Virus record (IMG/VR): IMGVR_UViG_3300017991_000051 | Span: 64,001 to 128,000 of that record | Direction: 5' to 3' (one strand) | DNA from: a virus | Length of the DNA: 64,000 nucleotides | In this document: piece after piece, positions 17,027-25,893 of the stretch | Layout: each line of letters opens with the position of its first letter | Position numbering within the stretch: position 1 is the first letter of the stretch | Position numbers and translations under genes: made by a program | The notes under the pieces: model-generated | Databases searched by the model: none | The model's input: the letters and a program-made list of their open reading frames with translations, nothing else | What the model was told of the DNA's origin: nothing

Positions 17027-17869
17027 TTAGCTGGAACTTTCCACTCCCTCGATCAACAGCGTGTAGTGATCCACGCCGTCGCGCGTGTAGTAGATGTATG
17101 TTTTGTACTCGTCGCTGATATTGCCCGAGTCCACCTCCGAACCATCCAAGTCGCACGTAAATGTATTATCTACCAGTGAAGTAGTCAAGTCCATTTGTTC
17201 CCCGCTGGGAACGCCCGTGAGCCGCCATGTCCGGCGGCAGAGTGGGACGTCACCCTGTACACCCACCTCCGCGAAGTCGGAACCTACCGGAAACTCCGGA
17301 TCGTTGCTCTCCGTAACGGTGAGGGACGCGTAGGCGTCGGGAGGACATTCAACGGCCTCCTCGCTGCCCTCAGGCTCCTCATCTTCCTCCTCAGCCGGCG
17401 CCGGCGTCGGCGGGAAGTAGCCGCCCCGGTCCACGGCCGACAACTGCAGCTCACAGATGCCGACGAGGGTCCGGATCAGCTCGTCGCGGTCGGCGACGAT
17501 ACCGTCCCACGTTTCCTCCAGAAGGATCTCGCTGCGGGACAGGAGATCGACCTCCGCGAGGCGGAAGAACTGCGGACTATCCGACTCCCGCGGGGCTCCG
17601 GACGGGTACTCCTCGAGATCGGTGGGGGAGGCCACGGCCTCGAAGGTGTCCTCCTGATTACCCTCATCGTCCGTGCCGCTACGTAGGTATACGAAGATGT
17701 TGGGATCCACGTTATAGTAGTCGGTGACGGTGACACGGAGACGCCATGCTTGTTGGCGTCCTGGGACGTCGTAGACGCCTAGCTCCTTAGTTAATTCCAG
17801 CCCAAATCTGCAATCTGCTGGCGTAGAACTAGACGAGCTGGACATTTCAAAGTTGGATGTTTCGGCCAT
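17027..17869 (-). CDS. acidic putative virion protein with poly-Ser termini
   Basis: GGAGG SD; N-terminal SSSSSS and C-terminal ESSS. Confidence 0.7.
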   Translation of the reverse strand: MAETSNFEMSSSSSSTPADCRFGLELTKELGVYDVPGRQQAWRLRVTVTDYYNVDPNIFVYLRSGTDDEGNQEDTFEAVASPTDLEEYPSGAPRESDSPQFFRLAEVDLLSRSEILLEETWDGIVADRDELIRTLVGICELQLSAVDRGGYFPPTPAPAEEEDEEPEGSEEAVECPPDAYASLTVTESNDPEFPVGSDFAEVGVQGDVPLCRRTWRLTGVPSGEQMDLTTSLVDNTFTCDLDGSEVDSGNISDEYKTYIYYTRDGVDHYTLLIEGVESSS

Positions 17870-17883
17870 TTCTCAGGTCCTCC

Positions 17884-19881
17884 TTAACGCCCCGGATGCT
17901 TCTGTGACGCGCCTCTCCGGACGTAATCGCTTATTCTGACACCATTGTAGAACTGTTGTATCATAATATCGTTCTGATAGCAAGCTTCTCCCAACATGAC
18001 GTCCCCGCCGTTGTGGCTGATCCGCGGATCCGGCCAGTGCAGGCGCTTGACGGCGGAGGTGCGCATGGCCCACCATCCCCCTGTCAGGAAGTCCGTCTTC
18101 GGCATGCCGCGGCGCGTCCGTTGCGGCTTACCCTTGTACCACTTGGCCTCCTTGATCCACGTGAGCTGCCCGGGTGTCAGATGGTAGAAGTATTTCTTGC
18201 CCACCATCTTCGCCCCCGGGTTGGCTGTCACGAACTTGTCGAGGCCGGCCAGCCAGTTACCGGAGACTGCGTGGCTATCGTCATCGAACCAGATCACCCA
18301 CCGGCTATCAAGTCCTGGTTTGTAGAACATCTTGCGCATGAGCGGATACTTGTAGATGTTCGCCGTCTCCTCGTACAGCCGCACATTCCCCTTCGAAACG
18401 ATGTAGTGGTCGAGGAGCCTGCGCACCCGGGCGCTGACCGCGTTGAGGCCCAGCCGCAACTCGAACAGGGAGGGGTCGACCGTCTGGTAGATGCTCTGCA
18501 GGCAACGTTGCGAGAGGGCGGGGAAGTCCCCATACAGCAGCACACAGATTGTCACCGGCGTACGCAGGCCCTTCAGCGGCCGATCGAACGGTGCGGCACC
18601 GGGAGCCATATTCAATGCGACAGGAGGAAGCCTGCGCTCCGGGAGCTGCGGGCGCTTCCGCATCTTCTTCATGATGGTCCGCGGAGGCTTCGGCGGCTTC
18701 GGAGGTGCGGGGTTCGTGGGTGTCGTTCTCCGCTTCGGGACCTCCTTGATGAAACGCCGGCGGTTGATATGGCCCCGACCGCGACGTGCGCGCCGCACAA
18801 CACGTGACAGCTTAGGCTTCGGGCCCGGCGGGAGCATGATCGGCCGGCGAACCTTCGGGAGCGCCTCCGTGAACATAGGCGGCCGCAACCCCTTCGGCAC
18901 CGGATCGATCGGTATCTTCTCGCCGTTGAGGTACCGACGGACCCCCGCCACCACCTGATCGGGCGTAATCAGTCGCAGGCACTCCGGCAGGTGCTTACCC
19001 GACGGACCCACCACAAGGCGCTTACAGTTCTTCGCCGGGTTCTTCCGCTCGCCGACGCCGGAGCGCCAACAGCCCTGCCGCTTGCAACAGTCGAGTGTGC
19101 CACCGATCGTATGTATGAATGTATGGTCGACGAAGTCCTTAGGCACCGGGTTCTTCAGTATATTCGTCGCCCACGTAGCGCGCGTGTAGGCCTCCCACCA
19201 CCACGCCTCCCTCCCCCCGGCGACGACCACGCAAGGCTTGTTGAAGGCCGCAGCCATATGCATCGTGCACGTAACGGGGCATATGACGCCCTCAGCGTGG
19301 TACACAAGGCACAGGAGGTCCCGCAGGCGTGTCTTCCCCACCAAGTTCTTGACCCCAGCCAGTTTGGGGTGCATGTGGCTCGCGGAGCCCACCTGTACGG
19401 GGAGGATACCATCCTCCTCGCGCAAGGTATCGACTGTCTGCTGCCAGTACTTCGGATCCCATATCTTCGCCGTGAAGTCCGCCTTCCCACCGGCGACGAC
19501 GATCCAGTACGGACGCTTGACGCGCCGGTTCTCCGGATCCTTCTCCTCGTCCGTCAGGTACACGTCCGGCCGCATATCCGTCGGCTTGATCTTGATACCC
19601 AACCGTTCACTCATGTCGCGGGCGAAGCCGGTACAGAAGTGGCCGGCCCGCTGGTTGGAGCTGTTGATCGACGTACTGTAGCCGACGCGATGGTGTACGC
19701 GGTCCTTATTCCTATCCGCGTTGTGGACCAGCGGATTGTTCCGCCAGATATCCGGACATTTTGTCCGGATGCATGTCCGGAACTCGTTCGGGTACTGTTT
19801 GTGCAGGTCACGGATCGCACAGGTGAACATCAGGGAGTCGCCCGGCGCCTGCACGTTCTCGAGTATCAATTGCTTACTCAT
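17884..19881 (-). CDS. bifunctional glycosyltransferase (GT9 heptosyltransferase-like + GT2-like GT-A domain)
   Basis: APGDSLMFT..IRDL, NLVGKTRLRDLL, MHMAAAFNKPCVVVAGGRE (GT9); TICVLLYG, WVIWFDDDS DxD motif (GT-A); start overlaps the upstream stop. Confidence 0.85.
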   Translation of the reverse strand: MSKQLILENVQAPGDSLMFTCAIRDLHKQYPNEFRTCIRTKCPDIWRNNPLVHNADRNKDRVHHRVGYSTSINSSNQRAGHFCTGFARDMSERLGIKIKPTDMRPDVYLTDEEKDPENRRVKRPYWIVVAGGKADFTAKIWDPKYWQQTVDTLREEDGILPVQVGSASHMHPKLAGVKNLVGKTRLRDLLCLVYHAEGVICPVTCTMHMAAAFNKPCVVVAGGREAWWWEAYTRATWATNILKNPVPKDFVDHTFIHTIGGTLDCCKRQGCWRSGVGERKNPAKNCKRLVVGPSGKHLPECLRLITPDQVVAGVRRYLNGEKIPIDPVPKGLRPPMFTEALPKVRRPIMLPPGPKPKLSRVVRRARRGRGHINRRRFIKEVPKRRTTPTNPAPPKPPKPPRTIMKKMRKRPQLPERRLPPVALNMAPGAAPFDRPLKGLRTPVTICVLLYGDFPALSQRCLQSIYQTVDPSLFELRLGLNAVSARVRRLLDHYIVSKGNVRLYEETANIYKYPLMRKMFYKPGLDSRWVIWFDDDSHAVSGNWLAGLDKFVTANPGAKMVGKKYFYHLTPGQLTWIKEAKWYKGKPQRTRRGMPKTDFLTGGWWAMRTSAVKRLHWPDPRISHNGGDVMLGEACYQNDIMIQQFYNGVRISDYVRRGASQKHPGR

Positions 19882-22800
19882 AATAGACGAAATTGGGCCG
19901 TAGAATGATCTCAGTGTGCTCGAAGACGTATAGGTAGGGTCGCATCTGGTAGTACGCTTGGTGCATCTCGTGTTCCATGTGTGCGTTCGCATCCGTATAC
20001 GTATCGGTCCGTGAAAAAGGTCCTAGCCAGTTGTCATGCCATGACACCCCGCCGGGCGATAACTTCATCTGTGCGTAGTCGTACGAGTTAGTAATGTACC
20101 GTTGTCCGCCTGCATCGATGAACGTGTTTCGCCGATGGCGAAACATCGTGTTGTCGAACGACGCATGCAATGGCTTGAACGTGGTGTTCGTCACGTACAT
20201 TGTGAGAATATCATCAATGTAACGGACGCGACCGCCAGTTAGAGGGACCGGCAGCACGAATACGAAGTTTGTCTCCCCAACATCAAAGCCAAGCTCTTCA
20301 CCGATACTCTTCGGGTACAGCGGAAATGACGTGTACTTGCCGGGTCGATAATCAACGAACGTATAGATGTCAACATCTGAATCCGTACCGACGGTTGACC
20401 GAACTACCTCCACATTGCCGGTCATAGCCCAGTACCCTACACGCGGACGCCGGTCGCGTACGAATCCGGACGGCCAGTCACCCGCCGGCCACCAGCCGCC
20501 GCGGCTCATACCGGTATGCATCCAGCTCGTCCGTATGATTCCCTGATCAGATGACGCTGGTGGATCCTTCAGGACCTTCGGAATCAAGTCCCCTGTCGCT
20601 GGGTCAGGAATACCGAATAGCTTGGAGTTGCGTACTCCACGCCCTTCGACGATGCCGGCCCCGTACCACTCCACCTTACGCCCAAGCGGCTGGTTCTGAT
20701 CGTAGTAGCCACCAACGCTCCAGTACGGACGCCTGTTACGGCGTCGGAAGACGGTGCCCTCCGTAAGATCACGTGACGACGATCCGACAGGGCCTCCCTG
20801 GTACGTATTGCCAGCCTTATGTTCCCACTTCCACCACGAGTTGGTAAAGCTCCAGAAATCGTAGAAGGTTGCATTGCCTAGGTGGGACGGTGCCTTGTAA
20901 TCAGACAGCCAGCGCCCTTCTGACGACTCGGCCGTTCGAATACAGGTCATCTTGTTCAGCAGCCTATACATACCATCGAAAAAGGTCTGGTTTATCGCAT
21001 ACGATACCGGCGGGAACGGAGGAGTCCAATTGAAATCCTGATACATGGCAAACCGGTTCGTGACCGAGAACAGGATGCGCGTGCCACCAGCACCCTTACT
21101 CTGATCCACCGTCAGGACGTCGTTCGTCTGCACGAGTCGCGGGTTGATGGCGATGCGCCCGTCGTTCGTTACCGAATGTCCGATACTGGCCACGTAGTAG
21201 GTGTCAGTCACCGACGCGAGGGGCGTAACCCATACTTCCTCCGCCGTCCACACGCTCGTCGTCTTCCGCGTGGACGGTGACTCCTCTACAGCCAGCATGG
21301 GTATCCACGTGTTGGTTCCCGGCGCCGTCGCCGTGTACACCAGCGTTGTGTACGCGATATCATCACCGCCGCCCTTCAACGCCCCGAGGTCGTCAACGTA
21401 TATCGTACGGCTGCGGATATCGAAAGGCATCGGCGGTATCGTCGTCGTATTCGGGGAGGGTGCCACCACATCGACCTCGACGCCCGGCCAGTTCGTAAGC
21501 GTGTCCCACGTAAGAAAATCCAGCCTGTACGGTGCGCTATCCCAGTCACCAAACTGACCCTCTCCCCACTGGATGGTCTGTCCGCGTCGAACGTAGTACA
21601 GCTCCATCGCGTAGTCGCTTGGCCGCAAGACGCCCCCCGGATAGTAGTAGCCGGAGGGCCCGCAGCTGGGGCGCCCAATCTTGTACTCCTCTACGCGTGT
21701 GGGGAACCCCATGCGATGCAGCCTCTTGATCGCTTCCGTGTAGTCGGAGCCGAGCAGGGTCTCCCAATCGTCCCGTATCTGTTCGGCGATATCGAAATCG
21801 TTGACGAGCACCCACGTATCCTTCGCATTGTAATCCAAGCTGTCGTCTCGCCGCATCTGCACGAAGAACGCATTACTCGCTGCGTTCCGGTAGTAGCGCG
21901 GCTGCGTACTGCTCATTGTGAGCGGATCCTGCGGCGTAAACGATTGCCCGTTGATGGCCGCGATCCACTGCTGCCCGGTCACGACCGTAACCACCCCGTT
22001 CGTCTCCTCGAACCAGAATACGTCGCTGAAGCCGTACGGTACCAGCGTCTGCTCATAGATCGGCTGCATCGCGTACTCCCCCAAGAACAGATCAACGTCC
22101 CGCTCCGGATGGATGTTGATCCCCCCCTTCGACACCTGTGAGGTCCAGATATTGACGTTCTCCGCATACACGAATTCTTCGTAAGGCTGTCCAAACTCCC
22201 AACCCTCACCGAGAAGGACATCGAAAGGCCCGACGTGCTGTACGTACCCCCACCCGCTGCGTCCGGGGTAAACCGTGTTATCGATCTCGACGATCTGCCA
22301 TCCGAGGTTCGTGCCCGCGCCCGTCAAGCTGTATATCTTCTCGGGCGTCCACGTCGGCACCTCCTTGACGATCTCGTACGCGCCCGCGCCGGACGGTATG
22401 TAGCGATCGCCGTTAGTCATCTCCACCCATTGCGGCGTACCCCCGATGTCGGTCCACACATAGCTTTCCTCCGTATCGTACCACGTGTCGAACGTACCGT
22501 CGGGGTCGGCATACGTCGTGTCTAGGTAGTACTCCATCATGATCGCTATCGTCGGCAGGAGGGTGCCCAGCAACTCTGTGGGGGGCATCCCGCGGAATGG
22601 TGTGGGCGTACCGTACCGTGGATCGGCGATCAGCTTCTTGTAAGTGTTCGTCCACACCACATAGTCATCCCGTGCGTATACACGGGTGGTTATGTTACTG
22701 GCCAGTATCGACATAGGCCCCCGGCCCTCATAGACCGCAGGGATCTGCTCCGTCGTGTAGTTCGTGTAGGTGACTGCGACATCGACGTTCGTAAACTGCT

Positions 22801-23626
22801 TTGCGGTGTAATCGTAGATCCGGAATGGCATTGTCGTGCTAACCGTCGTCACGACCTGAGTGTACATGTTCCACGGCGCCTGCACGGTACCGGAGCCCAT
22901 CTCGTACCAGAATTTAGCCACGCGCTGCGTATACATTGTCGCAGTCGGCTGGAACGCTTTCATCTGGTCGGTATCAGTGTAGTAATCCTCAGGGTAGGTA
23001 TTGTCGCCGCGGTAAAAACGGGGGTGGAATACGTTGCTCGCCAGCCCCTGTTCGACAGAGGCGTAGTAGGGGAACATAGACGGCCCCTCGATGTCGTACA
23101 GCCAGTTGGTGACGTACTCACCGCCCGTACGCACCAGCTCGCGGCGGATAACTGACGTAACCATACCGTCCGGGTTGCCCGGCGTTGGGTTCGGTATAAC
23201 GGCCACGACCTCGTTGGTCGTCCACGTCCAGTTTGTGTAGACGGTCTCCACCCCAATTACGGATACGACCACCGTATTGGTTATGGGATAATACAGATTT
23301 TCAGAATAGTACGTCGGGTTGCGTACCACCAGATTGAGCTGGTCCCAGTTCGTTACACCGACCGGCCAGTTGTAGAACGTCTCGTAACGGGGGAGGTTAC
23401 CGTCAACTGTTCGGTAGATGGGGAAAGCAATGCCGGAAGAGAATTCCGTCTCCGCCGCACGTTCGTAAGCGGCGAAGAAGAGGTTGCTCATGTATACGGC
23501 GTAGTTATCCTGCGGCACGCCCGTCAGGTCCTCCAACGGCCAGTCTGGGCTCCAGCCGCCTGCGTACACGAAAACCGACACGAGCAGGCACAACAGGATT
23601 GCGATGATAATTCGTCGAACGATCAT
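19874..23626 (-). CDS. large exported protein (1250 aa) in the tail-fibre region
   Basis: Sec-type signal peptide MIVRRIIIAILLCLLVSVFVYA; beta-rich, Thr-Asn-rich. Confidence 0.8.
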   Translation of the reverse strand: MIVRRIIIAILLCLLVSVFVYAGGWSPDWPLEDLTGVPQDNYAVYMSNLFFAAYERAAETEFSSGIAFPIYRTVDGNLPRYETFYNWPVGVTNWDQLNLVVRNPTYYSENLYYPITNTVVVSVIGVETVYTNWTWTTNEVVAVIPNPTPGNPDGMVTSVIRRELVRTGGEYVTNWLYDIEGPSMFPYYASVEQGLASNVFHPRFYRGDNTYPEDYYTDTDQMKAFQPTATMYTQRVAKFWYEMGSGTVQAPWNMYTQVVTTVSTTMPFRIYDYTAKQFTNVDVAVTYTNYTTEQIPAVYEGRGPMSILASNITTRVYARDDYVVWTNTYKKLIADPRYGTPTPFRGMPPTELLGTLLPTIAIMMEYYLDTTYADPDGTFDTWYDTEESYVWTDIGGTPQWVEMTNGDRYIPSGAGAYEIVKEVPTWTPEKIYSLTGAGTNLGWQIVEIDNTVYPGRSGWGYVQHVGPFDVLLGEGWEFGQPYEEFVYAENVNIWTSQVSKGGINIHPERDVDLFLGEYAMQPIYEQTLVPYGFSDVFWFEETNGVVTVVTGQQWIAAINGQSFTPQDPLTMSSTQPRYYRNAASNAFFVQMRRDDSLDYNAKDTWVLVNDFDIAEQIRDDWETLLGSDYTEAIKRLHRMGFPTRVEEYKIGRPSCGPSGYYYPGGVLRPSDYAMELYYVRRGQTIQWGEGQFGDWDSAPYRLDFLTWDTLTNWPGVEVDVVAPSPNTTTIPPMPFDIRSRTIYVDDLGALKGGGDDIAYTTLVYTATAPGTNTWIPMLAVEESPSTRKTTSVWTAEEVWVTPLASVTDTYYVASIGHSVTNDGRIAINPRLVQTNDVLTVDQSKGAGGTRILFSVTNRFAMYQDFNWTPPFPPVSYAINQTFFDGMYRLLNKMTCIRTAESSEGRWLSDYKAPSHLGNATFYDFWSFTNSWWKWEHKAGNTYQGGPVGSSSRDLTEGTVFRRRNRRPYWSVGGYYDQNQPLGRKVEWYGAGIVEGRGVRNSKLFGIPDPATGDLIPKVLKDPPASSDQGIIRTSWMHTGMSRGGWWPAGDWPSGFVRDRRPRVGYWAMTGNVEVVRSTVGTDSDVDIYTFVDYRPGKYTSFPLYPKSIGEELGFDVGETNFVFVLPVPLTGGRVRYIDDILTMYVTNTTFKPLHASFDNTMFRHRRNTFIDAGGQRYITNSYDYAQMKLSPGGVSWHDNWLGPFSRTDTYTDANAHMEHEMHQAYYQMRPYLYVFEHTEIILRPNFVYYE

Positions 23627-23633
23627 ACCACAA

Positions 23634-25319
23634 CTACGGTACTGTAATCGTCGGCCGAACGGCGTACAGGTAAACCTCGTCGTCGAGTGCCGTCAACACC
23701 GTCCCGTCCCATGACAGCTTCAGGAACAGTACCTCCTCCGCACTGAGTTCAATTTCCTCGCTCCGAATCATGAAATACGTATTCGTCGGGATAGCCGTGA
23801 CGTCCGCCGGCCCCGTAGACCAATCGAACGCCAGCTCCGATGTCGCAACCTCCGACAGCAACTTCGTCAGCCCCGTCGTGGGCCTCGACATGCGCGAGAG
23901 CGTCATCGTGAAGCCACCAACGATATCCAGAATCGTTGCGGCTGTCAAGGTCGGACTCCCGCTCAGCACCAGCTCGAACCGGAGCATGGACCGCCGTCCC
24001 GCCGGCGTCGAGAAGTCACGTGCCGACGCACGGTAGATGACGTCGTTGGCACCGGCTGCACTGGAAGAGGAGGATGAGCTACCGGACGCGAAGAACCGAA
24101 GGTACCGCATGGCCGTCTCCGAGAACGTACCGGATTCGATGTTGCTCCCCACCTCCAACGGTGTAAGGTCCGGCAACGCACCGATCTCCAGATCGATATG
24201 ATTCGATAACGCCATCAGCGTCGTACCATGTATCACCTTCGTGAACCACACCTCGATCCGCACCGGCCAGTCCGGATAAGGTGCCTCGGACGAGGGAGAG
24301 GACTCGGCGCTTGCCGAACTCTCACACGGGTAGTTGACGGACCACGGGGCCTTCCCGTAGTTGTCGTCCATCCACCAGATACCGTCATTGTTCACGATCA
24401 CGAGGTCGCCAACTTCTCCCACGCCGTCAACTTCCACGTACACCTGATCGATCGGCATCGGCGGCCACAACGGTGCGAGGCTCTCATCCGCGGGGATATT
24501 GTACCCGAACTTGGCTCCCTCTGGGATATCCATACCGTCGAAGGCTGGGCTGTCCGCCGGCAACCAGCCGATCGCGTCCGTGTTCGGGCTCACGATCGTA
24601 TGTGTGATACCTGGGTAAGGCCCCTCGGGCTCCATCTCCCCCCACATGAAGGCAAACTTCGTAGGCACGCAGTTGACGCCGCCTGCCGGCTGATCCGCCA
24701 GCACCACATGATAATGTCCGTGGCTCTCCAGTAACGCCCGCTGGTCGGGGTTCACAATCACGTGGTATCCGTCGTCCTGCAGGCTCGACAGGCATACCCT
24801 GACGGGCGCTACCGTCCGCAGGGACGTCATCTGCCCCGCGTAGAACGGCGACAGGTACTGGATACCGTCAATGTAATCGCCGGCGATCACGTCCGCGAAT
24901 TCGTCGCCGAATACGGCCTCGCCCTGGATGATGACCGTGCCGGTCGTGTAATAGATCCCGCCGGAGATAAACCCAGAGGCGGTATCGCTCTTCTGCAACA
25001 CGAGTCCGCCGACGTACGCCTTCGACGTCAGCTGGTACAGCGTACTGTTCGGCGCGCTCGACAGTTCTGCCAGCGCCGGATACCACAAGCCATTCGAGGC
25101 GAGATAGACGGGAGACGCCAAGTCCGTGCCCACGAGGATACGCTGTTCCGTCAGGATCAGGGACTTGCCCGTCGTCAGGTTATCAACGAGGTTCTTCAGG
25201 TAGAGAAGGTTGTTCCACAGGTCGTCCGGCGGTCGGTTCGCGACCGCGCTCTCAACGTTCTCCCCGTTCCGTATCTGGCGATAGCTCGTCCGCCATGTCA
25301 GTGTTTCACTGCCTGCCAT
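23634..25319 (-). CDS. putative baseplate/tail-fibre attachment protein
   Basis: GGAGG SD at ATG 25319; IRNGENVESAVANRPPDDLWNNLLYLK is a typical fibre N-terminal motif; poly-Ser tracts. Confidence 0.65.
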   Translation of the reverse strand: MAGSETLTWRTSYRQIRNGENVESAVANRPPDDLWNNLLYLKNLVDNLTTGKSLILTEQRILVGTDLASPVYLASNGLWYPALAELSSAPNSTLYQLTSKAYVGGLVLQKSDTASGFISGGIYYTTGTVIIQGEAVFGDEFADVIAGDYIDGIQYLSPFYAGQMTSLRTVAPVRVCLSSLQDDGYHVIVNPDQRALLESHGHYHVVLADQPAGGVNCVPTKFAFMWGEMEPEGPYPGITHTIVSPNTDAIGWLPADSPAFDGMDIPEGAKFGYNIPADESLAPLWPPMPIDQVYVEVDGVGEVGDLVIVNNDGIWWMDDNYGKAPWSVNYPCESSASAESSPSSEAPYPDWPVRIEVWFTKVIHGTTLMALSNHIDLEIGALPDLTPLEVGSNIESGTFSETAMRYLRFFASGSSSSSSSAAGANDVIYRASARDFSTPAGRRSMLRFELVLSGSPTLTAATILDIVGGFTMTLSRMSRPTTGLTKLLSEVATSELAFDWSTGPADVTAIPTNTYFMIRSEEIELSAEEVLFLKLSWDGTVLTALDDEVYLYAVRPTITVP

Positions 25320-25344
25320 GATATTTCCTCCATATGCAGCCGTA

Positions 25345-25370
25345 AGATTCTGTAACGCAATACAAACTCT
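25345..25370 (-). promoter_or_regulatory. quasi-palindromic motif copy 2
   Basis: AGATTCTGTA-N6-TACAAACTCT in a short intergenic gap. Confidence 0.55.
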
Positions 25371-25371
25371 A

Positions 25372-25875
25372 TTAGCTGCTGGACAGCATCGACTCCCCGA
25401 ATGTATGGGGCCATACGATGCTGATCTCTTCATTCACCAACTTCAGTTTAGCCGTAAAGTCCGCGGGGGCGTAGCTCCTGCTGAACACGATATCCTGCGT
25501 CGGGTCGTCCGGATCCGGAGCCGCTACCAACGCCACCCCGTATACCACGCTCTGTGCTGCCGCGGAGAACGCATGGCCGCCGCGTCCGATGGTGTACCCG
25601 CCGCTCAAGGCCACAAACTGAACCCTGTTCGTCGAGAACTTCGTCGGGTCCGAGGACTCCAACGTAGGATCCGCCGTAAGCGGTACCCGAATGTAGTCAC
25701 GATCGGACAGTCCGGTATCCAACGCCGCGTAGTAGGAACGCCCTTCCGATGGATCCGGCGTTACTACGGGTGCCGGCAGCCCCCCGTTCCGGAACTCCAT
25801 GTACATGGTGTTGATCTCGTAGTCTTCCCCTGCAAGGAGTTTACCCAGCAAATCGATTCCGTCGTAGATGATCAT
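25372..25875 (-). CDS. putative baseplate/tail-collar protein
   Basis: Follows the wedge gene; beta-rich; C-terminal LSSS. Confidence 0.6.
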   Translation of the reverse strand: MIIYDGIDLLGKLLAGEDYEINTMYMEFRNGGLPAPVVTPDPSEGRSYYAALDTGLSDRDYIRVPLTADPTLESSDPTKFSTNRVQFVALSGGYTIGRGGHAFSAAAQSVVYGVALVAAPDPDDPTQDIVFSRSYAPADFTAKLKLVNEEISIVWPHTFGESMLSSS

Positions 25876-25893
25876 TGTATCCTATTCCTCCTG

